The translations under genes were made by a program, and so were the position numbers. From the NCBI GenBank assembly GCA_013239625.1, contig MU054085.1:110666-174665 (forward strand): DNA of 64,000 bases, in the 5' to 3' direction. Shown one piece after another: positions 24,756 through 36,800 of the stretch. Below the pieces are notes generated by a model. The model worked only from the letters and a program-made list of their open reading frames with translations, did not search any database and was not told where the DNA came from. The DNA is from Lama guanicoe. Taxonomy: Eukaryota. The first letter of the stretch is position 1, and the number at the start of each line of letters is the position of its first letter.

Positions 24756-26805
24756 TATGAAACCTTTTTACGCAATTATCTGACACAAATTATTCATCAG
24801 GCAAATTGGGCCCAAGCATCCGCCCACCACACTGTCTGCTGCCAGTCATCTGCCCATGTACCCAGATCAATGAATGACAACTAATAACTGTAGTTAACAC
24901 TCTCTAGGCTCCTTTCAATGTGCATGACACTGAACTAAGCACATATCTTATTTAGTCCTCTCAATACCTTTATGTGGAAGGTACCATTAGGATTAAAGGC
25001 TTAAAGGCTTAAATAACTGGACCATTATGACTCAACTGGAGAGTGATGTAGCCAGGTCCTCACTTCATTCTCGATCTCTCATTTAATTCTATAGCCCATC
25101 TTATCCTAATTATTACACTGCCTCAAAGCAAAGTTTCCTTTTGGTTTCAAATTTGGAATTACTGTACACTGTGGAAATGGGAATCGTTAGTTCTAACAGA
25201 AGAGAATATAATTAAGTGCTTAGTTTAGAACTGGTAAAACTTAAATTCCCTAAAAAAATTATAACGCATTATGACAGATACTGGCAGAAATAAAATAGGT
25301 TTGCGTAAAGCTTCCACTTGGGTTTGTATCACAGACAATATGTAAATGGTGAATGTAGACTCTTTCAACTTACTACTGCATCTATAAACACTTTTACATC
25401 TTGACTATATATAATCAGATGCTCTTAATCCAGACTCTTTTTTTTTTTAGGTTAAAATCATGAAATAAACAATGATGGCAAACCTCCCCATGCATCCAAC
25501 AGCAGTTACCTTAAACACTTGAAAGGAGATAAGGCAGTCAAAAACATTGCATCTCAAAGGACTTTCCAATTATTAATAAGCATAAAACAGCAACATGCTT
25601 AAAAGTAAAACACTAAACACTACTGTTTCTTGGAGAAGATCCCAAAGATCAATGGGGAAATAAGTCTATATTTCCAAGTTACATTTTGAATTTGTTGGAA
25701 GACAAAAGAACTGTGCTGATATGAAACAAAAAGTTGCAGAAAGGTGATCAGACTTTTAAAGATCATGAGAACTGAGAACTGAGCTATATAGTCCATGAAG
25801 CTGATGGCAGTTTCTGAAGCAGTTTATATAATGAGCTTTAATTCATGGGGTGATTTTTTTCCCCACCTTTGAGGGAAAATTCTGGCTTGAACATGTTCAT
25901 GGGTCCTGTACAGCTTGTAAAGCTGTGTTCTTTCTTCCAGTGCAACCCTGCTCAGGCTTATAGTTTCATTTGAAAGAAAAATGTTCAATGTCTCCTAGGC
26001 GGAGCATTAATCCTCCCACTGCTTGAACAATTAATCCCATTGTCTACATCTGGAAGGCAAAGTCTGAGCCTTATGGATTGCTTTCTGTATACCTCTATGT
26101 GCAGCAGGCTTTTGGACCCTCAAATCTTGGGGACCACAGGTACAGTGTCTCATTTTACCATTTAATAAGCTCAAAGGCCTATAATGACTATACTGCTACC
26201 TGATGGATTTGGTGCGATAATAGCATCACACCTTCTGGGCGGCATCTACTAGCTTACAAGGTGAGAACACATTCTCTTGTCCACTCCCCAGAACAGCTGT
26301 TTATGGAAGGCAGTGCTTGGTCATCTTCCATTCTAACAGTGAGGGGAGACTGTGACCTTGCCCTCGGTCACACAGCTGGTAACTTGGCAATCTCATAGTT
26401 AAAACCCAGATCTCCTAACTCTAACATCAGTGTTCTTTTATGATTCACTTAATGAACCCAAGATTGGACAATTATAGAGGACTTTCAAAAGGACCCACGT
26501 TATCAACGTGCTCTGAGTCCAGAAAATGGTTGGTAATATAAATGTCGCATTGCTGCTCACTTGAACAGAACAAAACAAAGAATAAGCCACTTTAATACTG
26601 CCTCTAGGATAAGGAGTCTTGGAAGAAATTGCCAGGATACCTTTGAAAAACCCTCAGTGTGATCAGTCAGGCCCCTGGAAGTGAAGCAGGCCTGCCCTGT
26701 GGGGGGGCCTGTGACTCCTAAGGTCTCAGTGTCCTGGCCTGGCCTTCCCATGCAGTTCACATGTATATATATTATTTTTCCAACTGTGCAATCCTGGAAA
26801 TTGAC

Positions 26806-27243
26806 TGTTTTGGTTTTGTTTTCCCCAGAGACAGATCCAGAGACCAAGATTCAAGTGCAAATGACGTATTTGGGAGAAGAAAGAAACACCAGTAGGGAGT
26901 GGGGCCAACAAAGGGTGTGTCATTGAGGCAGCTGCCACCAGGGTGACTGGCGATTAATCCCAAGAGTAAACCCTGAACACAGGAAAACACACACGCCAGA
27001 GACACCCCACCTGAAGGGCGAGGGGGCTGGGGTATCTACACGCCAACTCCCAGCAGTCCTTGTCGAGAACTGCTGGGAGTGGGGGTCATTCCCTCACCGT
27101 CTGCCATGCTGTGCAAGAGGGCAAGGGGCCATTCCATAGGTTAAGAAAAAGTTCCCAGCAAAGGAATGCAGACACTAGCAGGCAAAGTTTCTGGCAAAAC
27201 ATATGAAGAATATGGAAGTGCACCCAAATGGTATGCTATAACA
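26806..27243 (-). mobile_element. ERVL LTR (LTR33-like)
   Basis: ttccccagagacagatccagagaccaagattcaagtgcaa...gctggggtatctacacgccaactccc resembles the LTR33/LTR16 reverse complement. Confidence 0.7.
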
Positions 27244-27461
27244 GGACCCAGGTTTTACATGTTAAAAATTTTCATTCAAAGTCCAAAATAGTGTTTGGGA
27301 CATAATGGTCCCCTGATAAGTATGGGCACATTAACCTGATATTAGAGGGGTTGTGAGAAATGCTTACAGATACACATTAAATCCTAAGCAACAAAAGAAC
27401 ATGGAAAGAGAGAAGGAACAAGAAAGGACAGCAAAGGCCCTGGAGGGTTGTCTCTACTCAC

Positions 27462-27656
27462 ACTTTCTCATAAACCTTGTCGGAGTGCTCCGGCCATTCG
27501 ATCATGCACACCACTCTGCTGGGCATGGTCTCTGTGGTTGAGTAGTAGCCCTGGGGGAAGGCCAGCAGGAGAGCCAGGACCCAGATGACACAGATGACCA
27601 CCTTGGTGGCCGTGGCTGACAGTCGGGGCTGGAGGGGGTGAATGATGGCCATGTAC
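27462..27656 (-). CDS. TACR1: Tachykinin receptor 1 (NK1R, substance P receptor), coding exon 2 (about R130-V195: end of DRY motif, ICL2, TM4, ECL2)
   Basis: Minus-strand translation (R)[65 protein letters not shown] matches NK1R as I recall it. Acceptor ...ttctctgttccAG (ct at 27657-27658) and donor GTGAGT (27461-27456). Length 195 bp, phase 2 at both ends. Confidence 0.97.
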
Positions 27657-27690
27657 CTGGAACAGAGAAGAAGAGACAAAATTCCAATTT
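27657..27690 (-). promoter_or_regulatory. 3' splice site and polypyrimidine tract of TACR1 intron 1
   Basis: Minus strand reads ttggaattttgtctcttcttctctgttccag immediately before the exon. Confidence 0.9.
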
Positions 27691-30600
27691 GGTCCCAAAA
27701 TCTTCACCGGTGACCATGCGTTGCTGCTGCCCAATGAGAAGTTCCCCAGAAGCCCTTTGAGACCCGGTGAGTTTTACAGCTGTCTTCTTTGTCATATTCT
27801 GTCCTTAAGCTTTATGACTTCTACGGCATAAACACTAAAATCCATTAGAAAATTTAGTCAGATTTTTTCAGTATTTTAGAACCCATTTAGCAACAATCCA
27901 GGAGAGAAATTTTCATCATTAGAACACTCCTGCTAGGGACTTGATGCCCGAGTGTAGGTCGGTGGCTTACCATGAAGTCAGAAAACTAAGACCAATGCTG
28001 TAAATGTATTCAATATAAAGCATATCTTTATCCTTTTGGACTAAGGAATAATGGGGAGAGAAATAGTCATTTTTAAAGTCCTGCTGGGGCAATTTCAAAG
28101 GCCAGCAATCCTGTATGGGTCCATACAATTCAAAGGTAAGTCAATGCGTATGAATGAGAAAGGAGTGGCCTAAGCCAGTAAAAAACAATGGCTCCTGGAG
28201 AAATCTTCACCAATTCTTTGAATATAGCAAAGTTAATGTGTGGCTAACAACATGTGCTTCATGTAGAGAAAGAGACTCTCTACTTCCTCAGACAGACACA
28301 GCTGAGCGCATCAAGGGCCAGGGTGGATGAAACCCCACTGCGGGAAAGGGGGAAGCAAAGTGAATGATGACTTCAGGCCCAGAGCCATTTCTCCACTTCT
28401 TACTTGGGATCGAGCACTGAATGGTGGCATCTGAGTAAGTGTCCATGTTCAAATTTGTGTGCAGCCTCTGAGATTCAGCAGAGATTTTAGAATAAATATA
28501 CCAATCATCATTTCATATCAGTTATAATCACATGAAGTCTGCCTTCTGCGTTTAAAAAGCCCTCTGCCTTTTAAAAGGCTAAGGTTAGCCCCGTCCCCTA
28601 ACACCCCTGCCCCAAGCTGTCAAGGTGTGTGTTGGGCAGGAACCAAGCCGCCTGGGATCGGACACCCTTCTGGGGTGCGGCTCCCTTCCCCAACAATGTG
28701 AGGGGCTCTCCTGCCTGGGATCTTGTTCTCTGGAGGGTGCTGGGCTCAAAGTTGCCATGGTCAAGTACCCCCACCCCACTGGCCTGGTTACAGGGTCCTC
28801 AAAGGAGGGGAGCTCCACCTCCTTTCCCACCCCTTCTGGATTTGTTACTGTCTTGCACTCTTAAGATCTGCCAATAAAGATTGCTCACACTGAAAAATTG
28901 TTTTTCTTGCCAAGTTTATGTATCTATTCCCTAAAATATGCATTTTCTTCAGAGTAAGAATTATGTCTGATACTGCCTTTGGTGTTTATTTTCTGACAAA
29001 TCCTCAGACTCATGCATTTGATTCTCTGACATGCAGGTATTTCTGGCATCCATGGGACTGAACTGTCAAAGGAGACTTCAGAAATGAGCAGACAAATAGC
29101 ACAGCTGTCAGCTGGCTCCACATAATTCCACATAATTCTTTTTTACAGTCTTTGGACACCTAGGATCTCTAAGGCAGGAACTGGGGCCAGGGTTACAAGC
29201 AAAGCAATTGCATTCAGTAAATGCACCTCAAATTCACTCTGGACACCTGCCATACCCAGAGCACCGTGTTCCCTTCTGGACTCTGAGCTTCTAATTTCTC
29301 CAAGGAGAAAAAGCACATAAATATAAGCAGCCATAAAACATGACAGTAGGATATGTGGCCTCTAGCGTTAATCTGATAAATGCCTTGGAGCCTTAGAGAG
29401 GAGGCAGAGGTAATCAAGACTTGGAATGGCAGGTGGGCTATTGAAGTGTTTATAAGGCGGATGCTGGATTCGGTGAGCGTGCTGAGCATCCGGCTGGAAG
29501 GGCAGGAAGTATTCGAGACTCCTTCCCTTCTCCACGTTGTGATCAGACAAATAAATCTTCCCGGTCTGAGGAGCTTGATGGCTCCATTTTCACGAAGGCT
29601 TCCCTGATAGTCTGCTTCTCATCCTCAACTTCAGAATACATTTTCTTGCTGGGGACCTAGGTTTTCCTTCTCTGGTCTCTAACAGCGATGCCACTGAAGG
29701 TGTTCAGTGTATGAAGACTAAATGTTAGGATGCCTCAGGTCAGGCTTTACCTGTGTGATCAAAGCCCCTCCCACCCCAAAGGAACTCCCCCAGGATGTTT
29801 TCCTTCTGTCTCTTTTGGAAAGTGGGTATGTAGTCTTGAAGTAGGAGAGAGTGGAATCAGGAAGAGACTTGCAAAAGATACTATGGTGGAGGTGAGTAGT
29901 ATCCTATCAATTTCTGGGTGTTTCATTGGTTAGTTGGTGGCTATAAAGTCTGTCACTGAACTGCCATCTACAGAGCATCAAAAGGGCAAAGGCAACTCTC
30001 AAAATGTGGTAAATCAAGCACTGTCTGGCTACTTCCAAGAAGTCCAGTACACCACAGACCTGATGACCGCCCATCCTTGGGGTGATATCCTGAAAAGAAC
30101 TCTGAGAATCCTTGATTTCCCTCCTGGTTCAGCCCCTTTATTACTGCCTGAGAGCAATGAAGTCTTGGCTTTCCTTCTAGTCATGGGGTGGTGGACAAGG
30201 GAACCCCAGAATCGGAGCTAGTGGAGTTGGACTTGTGCAACCACTGTTGTCTTCCTTCTAATTTGCCAAAGGTCTATACCTGGAAGGTCATGGCTAAAAT
30301 CTCTTTGATCACTTCCTAGAGGCAAGTACTTGCCTTTACAAAGTTGAACATGCAGCCATGAAAATGCTGGTGTCAGCCACTCATGAGCTCCTGCTTTCAC
30401 CGTGGCTGTGCATTCTCAGGCTTCACAGGGATTTGGGGAGGATGCGCAGGGGAGAATGTGGTAATTACATTGTCCCCTTTGGATATTATCTCAAATGCAA
30501 AATTTTAATTTACTTTTAACTCAGGATAAATGTCCAATATATTTAATAAATGTAACCCAACACCCATCCTCATGCCTGAATTAGTGATACACCACTCAGA

Positions 30601-31764
30601 ATCTACTGTGACTGGGGCTTAAGGGGGATTGCATCAGATATTGGTGCTGCAGTTCCAAATGGGTGGCAGAAACCACATTTTATTTTTATTGCAAAAATGT
30701 AATTTGGGAGCCCATTTCAGTTCACACTGCCACTTCTTGAGTGTATGAACTATTTTAGTGACAGATGAAGGTACTGTGCACATAAAGCCAGAGAGAATAA
30801 AAAATACTGGCTTTAAAAAACATATATATTTTTATTGGTACAAAATAGAACCATTTATAAATCTCCCTCCTCTCATTTCTCCCCTTTTTGTTTTCTTCTT
30901 TTTCTCTCTTGCAACTCTCACTTCTGCGGCTTGTGGGACATGCTTCTTTCTATTTGTTCAAAATCTAATACCACTTGGATGTCTTGTCTGCAGATGGACA
31001 CATATTTTCTTTCTTACCATTCATTCTTAGCTTGATTCCATTAACATACATTTTTATATTTATTTGCAACCATCCTGAACAATTCTGGCTTATTCGGTTG
31101 TAAGCTATCACAGAGCAAGGGCTGCAAGCCTCAGGAAATTATATTCAATAAATATTTATCGACCGCATTGTGCTCATGGGGCTAGAAGGCAGTCAATGAG
31201 ATGTCTTTCTAGTTTATATATAAATCATCAGGCTGCCAGAGACAGGGGTCCGGAGGCTGTGTGAGAAGTGGATCACGTTCTCCATCGCAGGTTGTTTCAG
31301 TCCCACGGAGGGCCGCCAGCTCTGATTTGAATTGTATGTGGCCTCCCAGATGAAAACTTGAGCTACTGTTTTCCTCTCGCATGATTGTGCTTTATAAAAA
31401 GAACTCTCCTTGTAGTCCTTTAAGTCTAGCAAAATAGAAGGCTGCACAGTTTTTTAAACATACAGTGAAACAATCTTATAGCGAGAAAGAACTCCAATCT
31501 TCTGACACGCCGCAGTCTCCTCATAACGTACTTCTATGCCAGCCCTAAGTCTTTGGGCAAAGAGAGTGCCTTTGCTCTGCTGGGAGACCTGTCTCGCCAG
31601 GCCTTCCTGCCATGCTTTCCCTCCAGTTCCATTCCCTGCTCTCCCTTATCCCTTAGCTCACTTCTCCCTGGGATGGCACAAGTTTCTTTTAAGAGACACC
31701 ATCTTCCTGGGTTCCAAAGACCAGGACGGGTGACAGCTGGGAGCAGGGCTGCTGTAGTCTAGTT

Positions 31765-31984
31765 CAAGGGTCAGCACATTTTTTTCCTGTAAAAGGCCAA
31801 ACAGTAAATATTTTAAGCTCTATGCCCTATACCATTTCTGTTGTCACTACTCAAGCCTGCCTCTGCAGCGTGAAAGCCGTCACAGACAAGGCAACTGCTG
31901 GCCATGACTGTGTGACTACGCACTTTCATTTACAAAAGTGCTGGTGACTGACTTGGCCCCTGGGCCACAGTTTGCTGATCTTTG
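31765..31984 (+). mobile_element. MER58A-type hAT-Charlie MITE, full length
   Basis: TIRs caagggtcagca / tgctgatctttg; 8-bp TSD gtctagtt (31757) and gcctagtt (31985). Confidence 0.9.
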
Positions 31985-32873
31985 GCCTAGTTCATGAGAA
32001 TTGTGGAGCAGAAGGGATTAGAACATAGGAGAACAAAGTGTTTTCTTCAGAAACATTCTTTACTTCTGCCAGACTGAGGACTCTAAGACTGAGGCTCACT
32101 GCACAGATAAATCTTACAGCTCACGAGCAGTCAGCAGGGTGGTCTGTCACAAGCCATGACCCAGAATCATTTGTTTCTCACAGTCTGAATATAGGTGAGA
32201 ATAATTATTGCTCAGTGTTTTCTGTCACACAGACACCTGGGGTCATTACTCATGAGGGACTTCACTGGATCTGGGTCTTCAGAATGTCCTAGTTCTTGAC
32301 ATTAAACCCTTAAATAAATTCTCAAAATATTTTTCAACTAACTTCTGCATTGACCAGTATGTTGGGAAATGTACAAAACTCAATCTTTCTACATGGTGTC
32401 ACACTCTGGCTCTTCCTCTGAACAAGAGGTCACTTCAGTCTTTCTCATACTCCCCTCCCTTCCATTACAAAAGGCACACAGTCTTTCTCCCTGAAGGCAC
32501 TAACATTTCATTAGCTGAGGTTTTCTTCCAGGACATTTCTTTATTCATCAAAATCCAGTGACCTCATTTAGCCAAATCACTTGACCAGAAACTTTGTCTA
32601 TTCAACTAAGACTAAGTTCACAAACTATAACCAAAGAGGTCTTTGAGCAGCCAATAGAAAAGGCCCAGCATTTACATACTGCTAAAGCATTTTGGTAAGG
32701 GCAGGGCCCCACACATTCTCATTGCTGGGTTATGCACAATTCTGAAAAGCATGTGTTTTTTTGCCTCCAAGTTCAATGTTGATTCATAACACTGTCGGTG
32801 GACACACTTCCAAAAGTGCCAACTGACAGCAAGAGTTCAGTCAACAAGACCATAAAAAATGGATGCAAAGACA

Positions 32874-33600
32874 AGGTGTGGTATATTTATACAATGGAAT
32901 ACTACTCAGCCATAAAAAAGAATAAAATAATGCCATTTGCAGCAACATGGATGGACCTAGAGATTGTCATTCTAAGTGAAATGACCCAGAAAGAGAAAGA
33001 AAAATATCATATGATATCACTTATATGTGGAATCTAAAAAGAAAAAAAAAGGCAAATGAACTTTTTGAAAAACAGAAACAGACTCACAGACATAGAAAAC
33101 AAACTTATAGTTACCAGGGTGGAAGGCAGTGGGAAGGGATAAATTGAGAGTTTGAGATTTGCAGACACTAACTACTATATATAAAATAGATAAACAATAG
33201 CACATGGAACTATATTCAATATCTCGTAGTTACTTATGGTGAAAAAAGAATATGAAAATGAATATATGTATGTTCATGTATGACTGAAACATTGTGTTGT
33301 ACACCCCAAATTGACACATTTTAAACTGACTATACTTCAATAAAAATATACATAATGAAAAAAAAAAAAGAAAAACAGAAACAGACCCTCAGACATAGAG
33401 AACAAACTTGTGGTTACCAGGAGGGAGAGGGAGTGGGAGGGGATAAACTGGGCATTAGAGATTTCCAGATACTAACTGGTATATACAATAGATATACAAT
33501 AGATAAACAGCAAGTTCACGCTGTACATCACAGGAAACTATATTTGATATCTTGTAGTAACAAAAACCAAAACCAAAACCAAAACCAAACAAACAAAAAG
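32874..33600 (+). mobile_element. Composite L1 3' ends: complete 3' UTR (to about 33369) followed by a second, diverged partial 3' UTR and an (AAAACC)n tail
   Basis: A 17-bp TSD aaatggat(g/a)caaagaca at 32857-32873 and 33601-33617 encloses both pieces. Confidence 0.88.
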
Positions 33601-33859
33601 AAATGGATACAAAGACAGATGGAACCAAGAGCTTGTGACAATTTAGAGTGAATTGAAGGAGGGGATGTGGCTGACTGTTGTCCAAGCTGTCCTATTTAAG
33701 TGTGATCAAAGAAGGACTTATGTGTTTCAAAGATGATTCAGATATAAAGACTTCAGCCAGGGCTACCATAAAAGTACACATAACTAAGGCCTGAAATTAA
33801 TTATGGGGAAAATGGAATAAAGATCTAAACTAAATATAATATCCTGAGTGTTTTGAGGA

Positions 33860-36800
33860 GCAGCCAGGATGACAAAGTAGGAAGACCCTGAGCTCAACAA
33901 CTTCCATGGGCACACGAAAATTGGAACTACTTACAGAGCAACTATCTGTGAGAATGACTTGAAGATGAGCTGAAAAGATTTTCCACAACTAAATATACAA
34001 AGAAGGAACCACAAGGAGACAGCGGGAGGGGCAAAGACATGGTATAGTCAAGGCCCACAACTCTGGGGAGGTGACCACAAACAGGAGGATAATCACAATT
34101 GCACAGGTTCTTCCCAAGGACTGAGAGGTCCAAGCCCCATGTAGGGGTCCCCAGCCCAGAGGTCTTTTGAGAAGGTGAGTCCTCAGAACATATGGCTTTG
34201 AAGGCCAGCCAAGCCTGTAGCCCCCGACTGTGGGAACAAAGGAATGAGACTTGGGCTGGAATGGTAAACAAGTTATAAAAAGTTGCAGACTCAGAGGTGA
34301 GAAGGCTGGTTAGCCAATGACGGGTAAGATCCCGGGGGGGGCAACCTAAGACAGGCACAGCCTCCTGAGTCCAAGAAGAATGTTGTTAAACAGCTGTTTC
34401 TCATACGTTCTGCCCTGATAAGCTGTAAGGCTCGCTGGTGCCAACACAAACGTGATTTACCAAAATGTAAAGGGTCTTCTGACCTTGAGCCACACACTGC
34501 CTGTTAACCATTTCCCTTATTATTCTTCTTTGCTATATAAGACTATGTAACTTAATAAAGCTTTAGAGCAGCCATCAGCTATCTCCACATACAGTGTGTA
34601 TGTGTACATGATATTATGACACCAACAAAGCTTGCATATAGTAGAGCTGGAGGGCTTTAAGAAATGGGGTCTACTCTTAAAAGTATATGCGAAATTTCAC
34701 ACTCTTTGAGACCCTGTGCAGAAGCAGCAATTTGAAAGGAATCTGGGTCAGATCCACTTGCTGATCGTGAAGAGTCCCCAAAGAGAGGCAGGAGGCAAAC
34801 GGGACTCCCATTGGAGACATAAACAATAGAGGCAGCTATTTTTGAGAGCTCATGCTACCATGAGGACCCTGCAGCTGACAGTCACCATCTTGGCATCTTC
34901 CCTCTAGCCTATTAACACAGGGATCAGGCCCCATGTACTAGTAGTCCAGGACCAGTCCTGGGACCCTCTGTGCCATGCAGCTAACTATGCCAGGACTCAA
35001 CAATGCCCATCAGTAGGATGGGATCAGCCCAGGGACCCCCTGGGCTGCAACCAACCATGAGTGGATGCTAACCACTAAGCAGTGGACCAGGAAAAGTTCC
35101 ATGGCCTCCTTGGCCACACAGCCATCCTGGGATCCAGCACCACCCACCAGCAGGACTGCACTAGCCCAAGGGACACTCAAGACCCTGGCCCTGCCCACTA
35201 GTGGGCCAGTGTCAGGACTGGAACCCACTGCACCTGCAGTCAGCCACCCCAGGACCAGTGCTTGCCCACCAGTGTCTGATAGCATACACATGAGGCAGGA
35301 CTGGCAGCCAGCTGGTCTGGGGAAGACTCCTACCTAATAGCACACTCACAGTAGCTGATTCCACCACACCAGGTGAGCACTTTCATCCCACATACAGTGC
35401 ACATCAAGATAACATAGCTTTTGTGTCCAGAGGACAGTGTGCTGCTGGGCCCCATTAGACATCTACTACATGAGGTCACTTCTCCAAGAATGGGAAATGT
35501 AAACAACCTAATATATACAAATAAACATAGAGACTTAAGCAAAAGACAACAAAGAAATGTATTCCAAATGAATGACAAAATAAAATCCTGGAAGAAAGTC
35601 TAAGTGAAGTGGAGAAGAGCAATGCACTGAATAAAGAATATGAGGTAATGATCATAAAGATGCTCAATGAATGCAGGAGAAGAATAGAATGAGCACAGTA
35701 AAAATTTTAACAAAGAGTTAGAAAATGTAAAGAAGAACAAAACAGTGCTGAAGAATACAATAATGGAAATAAAAAATACACTAGAAGGAATCAAAAGTAA
35801 GTTAGATGACACAGAGGAATGGATCACTGATTTGGAAGACAGAAGACTCAAGCTAAACAGAAAAAGGAAAAAAAGAATTCTAAAAAAATGAAACTAAGAG
35901 ATTTCTGGGACAACATCAAATGTACTAACATTTGCATTACAGAGGACCCAGAAAAAGAAGAGAGAGGGAAAGGGGCAGAGAACTTATTTGAAACTATAAT
36001 AGCTGAGAAATCCTCTAACCTAGGAAGTGAAACAGGCATCCAGATCCTGGAAGAACAAATAAGATTAACTCAAGGAAGTCCAGGCAAGTAACATAATGAA
36101 ATGTCAAAAATTAAGAGAGTATATTAAAAGCAGGAAGAAAAAAGCAGATAGTTACACAAAAGAATACTTTCTTAGGACTGTCTGCTGATTTTTCAGCAGA
36201 AACATTGCTGTCCAGAAAGAAGTGGCATGATGCCTGCAAAGTATTAAAAAGAAATAACTTACAAACAAGAATGCACTACATGGCAAGGCTATCATTCAGA
36301 TTCAAAGAAGAGGTAAAGAGTTTTACAGACAAGGAAAAGCTAAGAGTTCAGCACCACTAAAGTGGCTTTACAAGAAATGTTAAAGATACTTCTCCAAGTG
36401 GAGGCAAATACACAGCAAAGGTAGTGGATCAACCACTTATAAAGTTAGCAGGAAGACTAAACGAGAAAAGTTTTAAAATAATTTACATCCACAATAAGTA
36501 GCTAATGAATACACAAAACAAAAATATGTAAAATATGATGTAAAAATATTAAACATAGTGTGTAGGGAGTAAAAATGAAGGGTAATTTGAATGCATTTGG
36601 ACTTAAGAGATCAGAGATCACCAACTTAAAATAATCATTTATGTATATCTGTATATAAACCTCACAGTAACCACAAACCAAAAATCTATAATGGATACAC
36701 ATACAAGAAAGAGAAAGGAATCTAAACAACAGTAAAGACAGTCATAAAATCACAAGATAAGAAAGCAAAAGAAGAAAGGAACAAAAAAGAACTATAAAAA

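Larger units (their letters stand above)
1..27461 (-). other. TACR1: TACR1 intron 2 (5' part); exon 3 lies beyond the left end of the window
   Basis: Begins with the GTGAGT donor; no exon 3 peptide (YHICV...) seen in the window. Confidence 0.85.

Noticed and set aside
27458..27679. 73-aa ORF-track entry taken as a complete gene
   Set aside because: Its start and stop lie in intron sequence; the true unit is the spliced exon 27462-27656.
29457..29493. 8-bp inverted repeat cggatgct/agcatccg as a possible RNA hairpin
   Set aside because: The stem is short and the interior does not pair well.
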